Shown here in pieces: positions 37,758-51,349 of a DNA stretch of 64,000 nucleotides (positions within the stretch are counted from its first letter, which is position 1; each line of letters starts with the position of its first letter). The notes beneath the pieces are model-generated. The model was not told the origin of the DNA. It saw only the letters and a program-made list of their open reading frames with translations, and did not search any database. The DNA is taken from NCBI RefSeq assembly GCF_000143415.4, contig NW_003314288.1, forward strand, positions 758,642 through 822,641, written 5' to 3'. The DNA is from Selaginella moellendorffii. Taxonomy: Eukaryota > Plantae > Lycopodiophyta. Position numbers and translations under genes: made by a program.

Positions 37758-40700
37758 GACTTAAATGAGTTATGGAACGACTTCTCCTCTACGTCCAAAG
37801 ACGTTAAGACTCAGACACCCTCCGGCCGTCACTGACAAGGAAATGACTAACGAAGTTAGCCACCCTTGCTGCTCTGAGTACCACTCAGCTTACAAAGGAA
37901 TGATACACTCCCTGCCCATAGGGGCATAGGAAGAAGGCCAGAGGCCCAATTTCCCTTAAGCAAGAAATCAACCCCGTCGGGAAGATTTAGACAACTATTA
38001 TAAATTGGCAGAGCAAATTGTTTACATGACCAAGCCCCTTTTTGAAAGTGAATCATCGAGAGAGAGGGAGGGACTTGTGATCAGTCTATAATCATTATCC
38101 CCATGGTTATGGATTGGACCATACACCGAAGTGCCAAAGTCAGCCTGCCAAAACTGACCCAAGTAGTAACGAATGAGAGAAATGACAGTTTGATTTATAA
38201 AAATATATAATTTGCAAGATTTATTACAAGATTTACAAAATCTAAGCTTTATTACGATTCTCATACTCCGTGACAAGCTCACGAGCGTGTGTAAGATTCC
38301 TAATAGGCTCCCAAGTTGATTCACAAGATGGGTAATCTTTCCACTTAACTAGATACTCTCGATTTTTGGCACAATTAAGCTAGTGTGCACCCAAAATAGC
38401 TTCCACTTCATATTCAGGTTCACCATCCACAACTTCTGGTGGTGGACGAATCTCCGCTTGATGTGCATCATCCATAGTGTATGGAGCCAAGAGATTAGCA
38501 TGAAATACATTATGAACATTGGACATCTCTGCAGGAAGATCCAACTGATAGGATACATTACCAATCCGCCTCAACACTTGATAGGGTCCAACATATCTCG
38601 GTAACAGCTTCCGAGATAAAGATCCCTTAATGTTCAAGTTCCGGGAAGATAGCCACACTTGATTTCCCACTTGATAGGATACATCCTGACGATACTGATC
38701 CTTATCACGTCGATACCTATCCTAAGCTTTGCCAATCACCTCAGTAGCCCTAGACCAACCTTGGTGTAGCTGCTCCGCATAAGTCTCAACAGCCGGGACC
38801 AACACTTCGGACATTGATTTCGGTACAACAATCTATTGAGGAGCCCCATGAGCATTCCATTGCAGCATCTCCCATGGAGAACAGCCTATAGCACGGTGAA
38901 ATGTGTTGTTATAACGGATTTCTATTGTGTCTAAATGCTCAACCCAGTCGCGGTTGTCTGCTGCGACATAGTACCGCAAAGAATCCTCAACTTGAGCATT
39001 CACGCGTTTGGTCTACCCATTAGTCTGAGGATGATAAGCCATACTAAACTTCAACTTGGTACCAAACAACTAAAACAGTGTGCCCCAAAATTTCCCCGTA
39101 AACCTTGAATCTCTATCCAAGATCATCTCTTCAGGAAGACCACGAACCCGCACTACTTCATGGAAAAAGAGCTTCGCTGCTTGTTTCACATTCACTGTTC
39201 CCACAGTTGGAATGAAGTGTGCAATCTTTAACAACGGATCCACAACCACCATCAAAGTATCATAACCCTTAGATTTCAGCAAACAAGTGACGAAATCAAG
39301 TGTCATACTTTGAAATGGCCATGCCGGTGCTGGAATGCACTACAACTTTCCAGCCCACTTCTCAGCTTTGCACTTACATTGCTGGCATATAGGACAAGAA
39401 TGACATAGTCCACTACATCACCTTCCATACCAGACCAGAAAAATCCCTTTTTCAATGAAGCCAGAGTCTTTCGCTCTCTACCATATCCCGCTGCTAGAAC
39501 ATCATGATGCTCCCGCAGAAACAACTGCTGCAGATCCTTAGAGGGAAGATACAATCTTTCTTGCTTATAGAATATCTACCCATCCCGAACCGAGTAGTGA
39601 AGGTTCACATTAGTTTGACTAGCAACTTTTGCTGCTTCGCTACTAGGGTTTTGCTTTGACAACTCCGCCCGGTGTAAAATTGCTTTCACCAATGGATCAC
39701 TTCCATACAAAGTCCAAACATCCTCTAACCAGTCCAAACTGATTGCTGATATTGCCCGGAACTGAGCGTGAGTCTTTACCAAGTTTATATATGATTTTAA
39801 TATCATATCTAGCAGGCTTCTCTTGCCAACGAGCCTGCTTCAGCATAAGCTTAGGCTGCATAACAAAGTAGCTCAGTGTGTTATTATCCGTATAAATGTT
39901 GGTGTGTCCACCCAAGTAGTGTCTCCAGTGTTCCAGGGCCGACACTATAGCAAACATCTCTTTCTCATGCGTTGGCCATCTTCATTGAGTTTCATCCAAT
40001 TTCTTGGAATAGAACACAACGGGACAACCATGTCGCCTTAGCGTAACACCAACCGCTTTGTCACAATCTTGCTGCAACACAGCACCAATAGCATAGCCAG
40101 ATGCATCACAATGCACTTCGAAGGGTTTATCAAGATCTGGGATCCTGAGAACAGGAATTGTAGTCAAGATCTCCTTCAATCGTACAAAAGCACACTGACA
40201 AGCTGATGTCCAATGAAATAGAATACTACTCTTCATCAACTCAGTCAACAGAAGAGCAATTCTTGCAAAATTGCGAACAAACTTACAATAGTATCCTGCC
40301 AAACAGCGGTCGGGACTTCCCAAGATTTCACTGCTTCCACCTTCTTTGGATCAACCTCAATTACGCCACCACCAACTATATGTCTGAGAAAGTTTACGCG
40401 CAATTGTCCAAAAGCACATTAACTTTCCTTAGCATACAATTTGTGTTCGCGCAACTTCTAAAACACCAGCTCCAAGTGTTTCAAATGATTCTCCAATGTT
40501 TCACTAAAGACTAGAATATCGTCAATATACAGGATAAAAAATGCATCCAAATAATCTCCAAATATTCTATCCATCATAGTGCTGAACGTTACTGGAGCAT
40601 TGCATAACCCGAACGGCATGACAAGGAATTCATAAGATCTATACCGAGTCTTAAAGGCTGTCTTCTCCACATCCTGATCCACCACCCATATCTGATGATA

Positions 40701-43069
40701 CCTAGACCACAAATCAAGTCACGTAAAATACTTAGCCTTTAAGAGTTGGTCAAACAAGTCATCAATGTGAGGCAAAGGATAACTATTTTTGACTATGATC
40801 TTGTTGAGTGCCCGATAGTCGATACACATCCTCATAGTTCCATCCTTTTTCATAACAAAAAGGACTGGCACTCCATAAGGTGAGTTGCTTGGTCGAATAT
40901 GACCTTTGTCAAGAAGCTCTATGAGTTGCTTCTTGAATTCATCCATCTCCTTGATGTTCAATTGATACGGAGCTTTCGTAGGTGGTTTAGAACCCAGAAT
41001 AACCTCAATTTGATGATCAACCTCACGGCTAAAAGGTAGCCCTGGCGGCAAATCCTTTGGGAAGATATCCTAATTCCTCGCCAACAACTCCAATATCTTC
41101 TTTGGTACAGGATCAACCCTGTTGCTGATTCGAATTGAGTCACCAACACTCTCAGCTTCCATCACTTGAACCCAAAAGGTTTGACATCCCTTCCTAGCTG
41201 CTTTTTGAGCAGCCCTCGCAGTCAGGAACTTTGCATCCCAATCCTTTGAGGAATGCTTTTGCAACTAGAAGGACACATCGGGACGTCCTTCGGACTTCAA
41301 CGTAATATGACTTTGTCCAGCACCATAAATTCTTTTAATATATTTGTTGAAAAAATCCATACCAAACACCATCTGAAAATCTGGTATCTTCAACACTACC
41401 AAGTCCACTCTTTCTTTCCACTTGGATATTTTTATTAGAATATCACTCACAAATTTTTTAGCTACTTGCCCACCTTTTGCAAACCAAAAGTGCATAGGCG
41501 ACATTTGCTCAGCTTTCAATCCTAACAACATAACTAAGTCTTCGGATATCACGTTGTGCATAGCTCCTGTATCAATCATCACTTGGATTTAGTGTCTACG
41601 GACAAAGCTTACCAAATACATCAATAGGTCAGTGTTTGCATTGACTGTGAGAAAAGCTTGAGGAAAGCAACAAAAGTAACTCACCTTGTCTTCCTCATAG
41701 TCTACATTGACCAATTCGTCAACCCCTTTAGCTTCACCACCACCATCTTCCCTCATGACATTAACACGAGACTTTGTCTTATGCTTGTTGGGACATTCCA
41801 AGGACCTATGTCTTGACTCTCCACAATGGAAGCAATGACCCACACTATCTGTTCCACTAGAAGCAGGTTTTGCAAGTTGCTACTACTTGTACCCACCAGG
41901 AGGAGGAACAAAGGGCCTAGGACCAAAAGAAGTTGCTGGTGGTCTCCAACCACTACCACCTTTATTAACCATTGCTTGTGAGCCTCCAGGGAGGAACCTA
42001 CCTTCTGGTCACCTTGTTTATTCCCAGAATTTTTATTCTTATCTGAGTTACCAGGATATAGTTGCTGATATTGTTCCATGAGCGAGTGACTAAAGGCAAC
42101 TTACTGCGCTGCCTCCTTACACTCTAGGTACGTCTTCGTCTTAAACTTCAAAATTTCATTGTGAGAAAGTGAACTTAAACCCTCTAGAAAATAACTCCGA
42201 GCATCTTCATCACTCATATTTGCAATCATAATGTGCTTATGAGCAAATGCATTAATGTAATGCATAAGGTCCCCTCACTGCTTTAACCACTGCAGCTCTG
42301 TGCAAAGTCTTAGACAAAGATCATCCAGCAAGTATTCTGTATGGATACGAGACTGCATCTTGGTCCAACTTCTAGTTTACCCTTTTTTCAGCACACACTT
42401 GGCACCACCCAGTTTTGGCATGATCGGTGAGAAAGGATTGCACGTACGCAACTTTCATATGATCATCTCCATCTGCCACTATGAAATAATTTTCTATATC
42501 TTAAACCTAGTCTTCCAAAACGTCATAGTCCCGCATGCCTCTGAAGTTGGGTGGTTTTGGAGGCTTGAATTTTGAAATTCGTGCAACTGGGGGCAGCTGC
42601 AGAACTTCATCATCCTCAGAATTTGAAGAGAAGTCCGGTTGCTTAGGTTTAGCTAGTTTAGCTGCCTCAGCTTCTTTCTTCTTCTTGTTGTTCTCCTTCT
42701 TCAATTTGCAAATCTCCCTTCACAAATTCTCGATTTCGACTTCCTGAGCCGTACACTGCAGTGCCATAGCATCTAGCTCTTCCTCTTCTGACTCGACCTC
42801 AGCCTCTTCCGCAGCATCTCTAGTAGGAGTTTCCTCCTCTCAATTCGCTCATCTAAAGGTTTCAGCGCCATCAGCACAGTTCTTTTTCACCATCCCACTA
42901 GCAGCCAATAACTTCTTTACATTAGCTAACCAAGCTAGACACTCATCCACACCAACATCACCGGAAAAGGTTGGAATCTTGAGTTGATCCAAACTTTTCT
43001 TCATCAGCGAATGGAAGTGTACCAATTTGCCAGAGTGACTGGCAATTCCAGTTTATTTTACTTCCTTTT
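37758..43069 (-). mobile_element. Degenerate Ty3/gypsy chromovirus; probable 3' LTR ~37760-38330; 5' end chimeric and cut by a gap
   Basis: gag (KPPKPPNFRG..., CFHCGESRHRSLECP), PR (IDTGA), RT (YIDDIL), RH (VHCDASG), INT, chromodomain start (PEYEVEAIL); LTR limits not established. Confidence 0.9.
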
Positions 43070-43169
43070 NNNNNNNNNNNNNNNNNNNNNNNNNNNNNNN
43101 NNNNNNNNNNNNNNNNNNNNNNNNNNNNNNNNNNNNNNNNNNNNNNNNNNNNNNNNNNNNNNNNNNNNN
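43070..43169. other. Assembly gap (100 N); further gaps at 49811-49910 and 51147-51246
   Basis: N runs. Confidence 1.
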
Positions 43170-43249
43170 TCTTGATTTCGCTCGATAAAAAAGCTTAAGG
43201 TTGGTAGTGATTTTTAACTGTATGCTTTGTTACACAAGGTTCTCTTCGA

Positions 43250-44270
43250 AGGTATTGCCAAGCAGTGTTGAAAACATTGAAAACAGTGGGCCATGCAGCT
43301 GATGTGTGCAAAGAAGCGGCTGTAGCCTTGGAAGAGCGTCTTCATATCCACTCTCAGGTTTGTAAGCAGACACTCGGCTTTTATACTCACTTTCCTGTTA
43401 TCCAGGGAGGCTCAACGTCAATTGTGCAACGGTTTTTTGGCAATATTGGTCTACACAAGATGATAGGCCCTTCACCCCCAAAAGCTTCCGATAATGCTGA
43501 TATTAATAACCGTCCCGCAACAGCTTCTAGTAGAAGCAGTTATCACTTGCCTCGTCCACATAAATGGAACCCATAAGTGATGATACGAGAAGATCCAACA
43601 TGCCAGCAAGAAGCATTTCTAAGCCTGACTTTAGGCCTGCACAGGTAACTCGACTTGCTCTTGTGTACCTTCGATTAAGACTTGTATTCTTTCATCAGAT
43701 CATTAGTCCAGCGAAAGGAATGCCAAACAGAGGCGTCTTTACTTCTTTCGTGCAAAGAGCGATGGGCTTCATAAAAACACCTTCGAAGGAGGTTTGTAGA
43801 AGCTTTGGAAAGAGCACTAGCTGATTGATGGTCGGATATGTGATGCAGGCAAAGCTTGGCAACAGCAACAAGATTAGATACGACGAGACACTGAAGCGCT
43901 GGGTTGGAGAAGGAGCCGAGGCACAAGTGCCAGACCTTCCGTTGGCTCCTCCTCCCATGGCAAACAAGCTCGTCTCACGCGTGGAGGAGAATGGCACTCC
44001 TCTTTCCATGTCTCCGGAGAGACCAGAGCCAACTCCAGAAAGGCCGCAACCGGTTGTGAGTGGAAACCCACCAATGCCTCCGAGCAGTAACCAGTACGCA
44101 GCTTGCGCACATCAAAACGTTAGATCAAGGTACCGTTTTGGTCATTCCCAGCACTCCAATCTCACGAGGTTTTTGCAGATATGTCAATACATTCAACAAA
44201 GGTAGCATAACACCATCCAAGACATCATCGGACTCTCCTCCACTGTTTGGCGTGGTGCCAAAGGCAAGTA
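43250..44270 (+). pseudogene. SEC16: 3' part of a SEC16 (ER exit-site protein) homolog, pseudogenised
   Basis: Spliced motifs YCQAVLKTLK, LEERLHIHSQ|GG, MEPISD, RSISKPDF, KE|AKLGNSNKIRYDETLKRWVGEG...LAPPP, VRSR|YVNTFNKG match the plant SEC16 C-terminus; frameshift and TAA just before MEPISD (~43561). Confidence 0.75.
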
Positions 44271-45349
44271 TTTCAATAAATACTAAAAGTTCTAATTATC
44301 TCATTTTTGAAAAAACTTTTTATGGAGTCTCTTCTTGAACTATATGACAACATTAAATATCTGTACTACATTATTTAATAATCCTGCCTAAATTCAAACA
44401 AAACTGATACAAGCTATTAGTATCATAACACCATCCTTGCATTTCAAATTCTTTGTCAAGCTTGCATTTCAAATTTTCCCCCTTTTAGCCTTATGGTTTT
44501 TTCTTAGGTTTTATTATTTGGGTTCTCTAGGGTTTGCCACTACTGGTTCATGGATCACATCTTAGGAGGCATTTTTCCTTCCTCTCTAGCACATCCTAAG
44601 CACATATCTCTCCCACACTGTTTTGGTTTGTTTATGGCCATGCTAAGTTTTTCTTTCCTCAAAACATATGGTTTCCATTATTATAAAGAATATACATTCG
44701 TATTTTAGCATTGCTTGGTGTGAGACTATATGATAGTGTAGTGTATTTACAAAAGAGTCATCCCATACTTGTCTATAGGCATGAGAGCGCATGCCTAATC
44801 TCAAAACAAAAGAACAAAGATTTACAAGAGAGTCATCCAAAACTGGTCTATAGGTGTACAAGTGCATGCCAAGAAATCTCAAGCTTCTTTGGAGAAACTC
44901 AAATTTGAGCTTGGCTAGGTATAAGCCCACATGCTAGCTTAAAAAAACAAGAGACCGTGAGAGAGAGAGTGTTAGAAATCCTTACATTTTCCAAGAATGA
45001 GTGTGAAATCATGCTTGTTCAAAGTTAAGTAACCCCCATTTCTCTGGTCATTTTACAAACTTGCACTTACCAATCTGTTTCTCTTAATTTGACTTTGGTT
45101 TATTGTGAGCTCATATTCTTTCATCAATACATTAAATTGGGTCTTTAGCATGCAAGTGCATGCTAGAAATTCTTTGACTTTGTGTGTGCCTATTTTATGC
45201 ATTTTTAATTATTTTCACTACATATTTTCATGTTTTGTTTTCTCATATTCACAAAAGGAGCTTTGTTTTTTAATTTCCTATTTGCTTGTCTTTTTTTTGG
45301 TACTTTTTTCCTTCTATTTGTGTTTTGATATTTGTAATTTTCTTTGTTT

Positions 45350-45930
45350 TTCGCAAGTTAAAGGAGATGTAATAGAGATTGTTTGGGATAATGGAGAATC
45401 AATTGCAAATGGAAGAATAGAATCTTTAGATGCTACTTGCATTTGTCACTGTGCTTCTTTAAGCGTTAGATGTGTTTTGCTTTGCATTATTAAGGTGTTT
45501 AACTCGAATTACTATAGGTGAGTTGGATGTTAGTGGGTTTTCTATATAGAAGCAGAATCAACTAATGTCTCCAATAGAGATATTTCCTACCAAAATCTCT
45601 TAGAGAAATATAATTGGAACACAAAGGAATAATGATAAAGATGTTATTTTATAGAAGATAGAGAGCAAAAATATTTCCAAATGCAAGAATATCCTTAATT
45701 CTAGTTGTTCTTTTATAGATATAAATGCTTCTAGTATATAGTATAAAGTTCTTGTGAAGATAGTGGATCCTATACATGCAGTTGTGGCTGAGAGACTAGT
45801 TATTGTTGTAGACCCTCAAGATGCTCTACACAACATAACTTTAGCGTGGGATTATATTGGAATCTCAATCTTTTTTTTGTTGATGTTTCAAATAAGTTGG
45901 AAATAGGTAGTCTAGTTCTATGGAAATTAT
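45350..45930 (+). mobile_element. Probable CACTA/En-Spm (Tnp1-associated domain) remnant
   Basis: VIEIVWDNGESIANGRIESLDATCICHCASL and a second similar decayed segment (VVAERLVIVVDPQDALHNITL...IGSLVLW); no termini found. Confidence 0.4.
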
Positions 45931-46779
45931 CCCAAACTCTTTTTGGTAATAGTATACCATCTAACATACTAATAAGCACTTGCATTTCTTCTTCACATTA
46001 TTGAAAACGAAAATATACATTTATCAAATGAGCTATTAAGAAGCAACCAAGCAAATAGAAATCAAATACTAAGGATTTAACAAGTAGAGGTCCCTTGGGG
46101 ACGATAGGGAATAAAAATAACAGTTAATTGAAGCATGGATAGCAATTCAAGATAAAAAATACAAGAATTAAGAATCTAGAAACTTGTATCAATAACAACC
46201 TTGAGGATAACAACATTTAGAATATAACCACTACTCAACTCAGACTTTTTGAACATCACCATCAATTGGAGAATGGAAACGCTCATAATGAGGACACACA
46301 TGACTTTATACAACACAATTAGAGGTAGGCCACAATTACTTTACAACAATTTAACACAACAAAAACTTGTAAAAAGAGTAGCCATAATATGCACTTATCG
46401 CAAATGTAACTTCGGGTATTGAAAGCTATATATTGGCCAATCCTTACGAACACTCTTTGCTTACTATCACAATGGCAGGAGGTTGGTATTGCTAGTTCCC
46501 TTTATTGGCCCATTTTGTTCAAGTGTTAGTAAATTAAGCTTAGCATCTGTACTTGGCCAGATGAGTATAAAGATAAAATTCCTAAATATCTATTTAGCCA
46601 AGCATACTTGGCCCGGTTTTTTAGTTCTCTTTTACTTTGTCTTGCACTTGCTTGACAAAAACCCTCGCGTATTGAGATTAGTCCCTCAATATTGCTAGAT
46701 GATAACTTACTGTGTCTGCCAAACACCCTCGCTATCATGCCCTTTGTGTTAATCTCATTCTGGTCCTAAATGCTATTTA

Positions 46780-49700
46780 TGGAAAATGTCTAGATTTACT
46801 CATTTGGCATATCTACGGAATCTAGAGATTGGCTTGAACACAATGGTTGATGAAAAACTTTAAGTTTTAAAAAAAGTTAAGCAATTCAAAGAGAAGTACC
46901 AACCCAGTGGCACAACAGCTAAATACCTACAACATCTCAAAAGCATCAAACAAGGCAATAAAGAAGATATCAAAGACTATACCCGAAGATTCAAATATCA
47001 TGCAAAGTGCTACAAAGATTTACTCACTGAACAAGGTAAGTATATTTGGTATGTACAAAGATTGAAGTAGATATATCAGCAAATGGTTGCTCTCACAAGT
47101 ATGGAAGAAGATCTAGATGTCGAGACCTCTATTGACAATATTTCCAAGAAAATCAAGAACCTCAGGAAATAGCTCTGAAAAATTTTAAGAGTAGAAACAA
47201 CAAGAACAAACAACTCTTCTGATGATAAGGAAGAATACAAACTCAAAGTCATGAAGAAAGAAAAGAATCAAGAATTTACCAAAATACTCAAGAAAGTTAT
47301 AATCAAAAACGAACTTAAAGAAGGAGTATAGTGTACGAAATGTAAGAACAAAGGACACATCCTAATAGAGTGTAAACTACTAAATCCTAGGTGTTGGATC
47401 TGTGAAAAAGAAGGATATATAGCAAAAATTTGTCAATACAAAAGAGCAATTGAAGTCACATGAGTCAAGAATATACCTTGAACTCCTACACCAAGTAGAA
47501 GACATTACAATCAACCCAAACAAGAACCATAGCAATGGTAGCTGAACTACCAAAATTAAGGTACATATAATCCTAACCCTAGATACCATCGACAATACAA
47601 CAATGGCAACCAAGACAATCAGTATTAACGACCATACCAACAGGCTTATCAGTAGCCTTATCGAGACAACCAACAATGGAGACCACCACCCTGGCAAAAC
47701 AACTATCAACAACGGTACCACAACAATCTACAATGGAGACCACCTTTGCAATAACTAAACTATTAACAACAAAATCAACAATATGATCCACCACCCAGAG
47801 TATTTCCTTGCAATAACTATCAATAGCAACCTCAAACTCAAGAAATCTGACCCCAATGCCAACAACAACAAAATCAAGGTAATCGACCTCGTCAGCAAGA
47901 TCAACAACATCGAAGACCTCCTCTAACAACAAGAAATATCAACATCAACTAAATCAAAGATGAACACTTTGAAGATGAACCTGAGGTAAAAGCTCTAACT
48001 CAAAGTTAGAAAAAACACTACACTCTTGAAAATGACCTTGAGGAAAAGTCAAAGAACAAAAACTCCAAGACGAAGTGCAAGAATCTCAAGGCATGAATGG
48101 CAACAAAGCAAGGAACTAGTCAACACAATTCAGCAAACCCTTCAACAACAATTTAAAGTTGAAGATGATTAGGCAATTGTAACTAAAACTCTATCAAGAA
48201 AAGAAGAACAACCAAAGCCCATCACCAACATTCTTCAACAAGGTATCACACTCACCCTTCTAGAACTTTCACAGGTAACTTTGTACTTGACAAAACAACT
48301 TCTCAAGATATTGCAAGCTTCTTCACCAAAAAACCTCAGCTCAAGTCAAGAAAAAAACCAACAACTCATTCTATAAGGCAAACATCCAATTTAGCGACTA
48401 TGGTGAAGTTGTACTATACATCCCAGTCACGATAGGAAAGAACAAAGTTATATATGTAATCATCAATAGCAGAACAAATGTCAACATTATTGAATATTCA
48501 ACTTGCAAAGTAATGGCAATCCACTCTACACCCTTCAATGTCAAGATGGCCGACAATCGAAGTGTACAACCATCAGGAATCGTGCACAACATTCCTATCA
48601 AGATTAAAGATCAAGAATTTAAGGTCTTCAAGGTTGAGTATTGGTGTAAGTCATGATCCTTCTTGTTGTAGACCTGGTTGTTCTTGGAGTGGAATTTGTT
48701 GATGCGTCAGTTTAAGCTATTCAAGTTTGATGCTTGAATGTTCTCGTTGTTTTTTCATGTGTGCTAGTGTTGTCTTTTCTTTCAAATCTTGGTGTTGGAA
48801 TTCTTTATTTTGAAGTTGAGGATCTTGATTGCATGTTTTCTTCAGGATGATTTGGTTAAGATTGACTTAGATTAGCATTTTTAATTTGGGTATGCCTTAA
48901 GAATTTGAGCTTCTTCATAGCTGTCAAGTTCTTCATTTTAGTCATATTGTTTGATTGTGGTCAGTTAAAATTTCTTTGCAATCTTCTTTATAATACTAGT
49001 AGATAGTTGTGGAGCATCTTTATGTCCTCCAAGGGTGATGGTATTTATTGTCTTGAGCCAAGTTCGTTTGAGGAATACTTTGTAGCAGCTTTGGTCTTTC
49101 AACGTCTTGAGTATGATGAAAGTTAACCAGCTCAAGAAATTAACCTTGGAACACCTGAAGAACCAAAATAACTTCACATTGCCCAAGAGCTTAATGAAGA
49201 TTTTAAAGCAAAAGCAACCCAACTATAGTCCTAGACTGACTTACAAGGAATTCCATCTGAACTTTACACACATCGGATTGAACTTCAATCATAAGTGGTA
49301 CCAACAAAGCAATTAGCCTACCAAATGAATCCCAACATACAAACCAAAGTCAAATAAGAGTTTGACAAACTCAAAAATGTTAGATTCATCTTCCTAATTC
49401 AAAATCCAAAATGACTATCACCACTAGTCATTGTCCCCAAGAAAAACAACAAGCTTAGGATTTGTGTCAACTATAAGAAGCTCAACAATACAACTCAAAA
49501 GGAATCTTTTTAATTCCATTCTCTAATGAAATTCTTGATGCAATTGCAAGATATAAGATGTACTCCTTTCTCAACAACTTCAATAGACACAATCAAGTAC
49601 ACATTGCGCCTAAAGATCAACACAAGCATACACCTACCTTCGCATGCCTTTTAGTCTCTCCAATGCAACATTCATGTTTCAATAGATCATCACTGACACT

Positions 49701-51340
49701 TTTCAAGAATACCTCACCAAATTTATGCGAGTGTTTATGGATGACTTCAATGTCTTCAGCAACAAAGAAGATCACCTCCAATGCTTAGAGAAATGCTTCA
49801 TCAAATGCCANNNNNNNNNNNNNNNNNNNNNNNNNNNNNNNNNNNNNNNNNNNNNNNNNNNNNNNNNNNNNNNNNNNNNNNNNNNNNNNNNNNNNNNNNN
49901 NNNNNNNNNNACTAGAACAAAGACTTCAACATCCAAGTCAACGCCTCCAACTATGCCCTCAAAGCAATCCCTTTTGCAACAACAAGAAAATTATAAAGAC
50001 CGACCAATCTACTATGCAAGTCGAAGACTCAACTCAGCCGAAATGAATAACACTACAACTGAAAACGAAGCTCTAGCAATGATCTATGCACTCCAGAAGT
50101 TTCGATACTACCTACTCAGTAACTTCCTTTACTTTCTCAACAAAAAAATCCTCACCAATGGAATTGCATGATGGTTCTTACTACTTCAAGAATACAACTT
50201 CAAAATCATCTACAAGCCTGGAAGAGAACATGAACACCTAAGCCACATTACAATTGATGAACAACCGAAACACAACATGGATGACTTTCCTAACTATATC
50301 CTTTGAATCCACACATCACCAACCTAGATGGACAACATCTACTACTACCTTACAACAACAACAATACCAAGTTGATATTCAACCTCTGACAAATGTAAGC
50401 AATTTATCTTGAGGACAAGACTATATTTAGTTGTGGGAAGAAAATTGTACAAACAAGGAAGAGACAACATTTTACAAAGATATGCAAACCCAGAAAAAAC
50501 ATAAGATCTACTTGAAGAAGCTTATTGTGGATAAATAAGACGACATTTTGCTGAAGAAATCACATCTCGAAAAATTTTACAAACCAACACTTTGGTGGCC
50601 AACACTTTGGCACAACTAAGCCAAGTTCTGTCAAAAATGTGACATCTACCAATGAACCAAGTATGCACCAAAGAAATAAACTCAAGAACTTCAACAAAAA
50701 ACTCCACTTGAACCTTTTCAATGATAAGGACTTGATTTTGTTGGTCCACTTATGACAAGCTCCAAGCAAAACTAGTACATTCTAATTGCAATAGACTATA
50801 TCATGAAATAGGCTGAAACTCAACCAATAAAGACTACTACAATAAAGAACATAACAAAGTTCATCTACGAAAACATCATTACAAGATATGGCTTACCTTG
50901 AGAACTCGTCACTGATCAAGGAACACACTTCATCAATAAAACTATCAAAATTTTAACTCAAGAATTCACTATTTAGCATAAGGCTTCAACACTGTATTAT
51001 CCTCAAGGCAATGGTCAAGTAGAGTTTACAAACAAAACACTCAAAAACATCCTCATGAAAATCGTGAAAATAAATCAGAAAGACTGAGACGATCACATCT
51101 ACGATGCTCTATAGGCATATCAAACTGCATATAAGGTTTTAACAAANNNNNNNNNNNNNNNNNNNNNNNNNNNNNNNNNNNNNNNNNNNNNNNNNNNNNN
51201 NNNNNNNNNNNNNNNNNNNNNNNNNNNNNNNNNNNNNNNNNNNNNNACACCACTCGAGTATATCATTCCATCACTAAGAATGGCAATATAATACAAAATC
51301 AACCAAGAAAAATCAATCAAAAAAATGACTAACCATGCTA
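46780..51340 (+). mobile_element. Heavily decayed, A-rich non-chromovirus Ty3/gypsy internal region spanning two gaps
   Basis: Double Cys knuckle remnants (~47330-47440), Asn/Gln-rich linker, PR remnant (~48450), RT (IVPKKNNKLRICVNY, VFMDDF), RH (YYASRRLNSAE), INT (VTDQGTHF, YYPQGNGQVE). Confidence 0.85.
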
Positions 51341-51349
51341 GAACAACTT

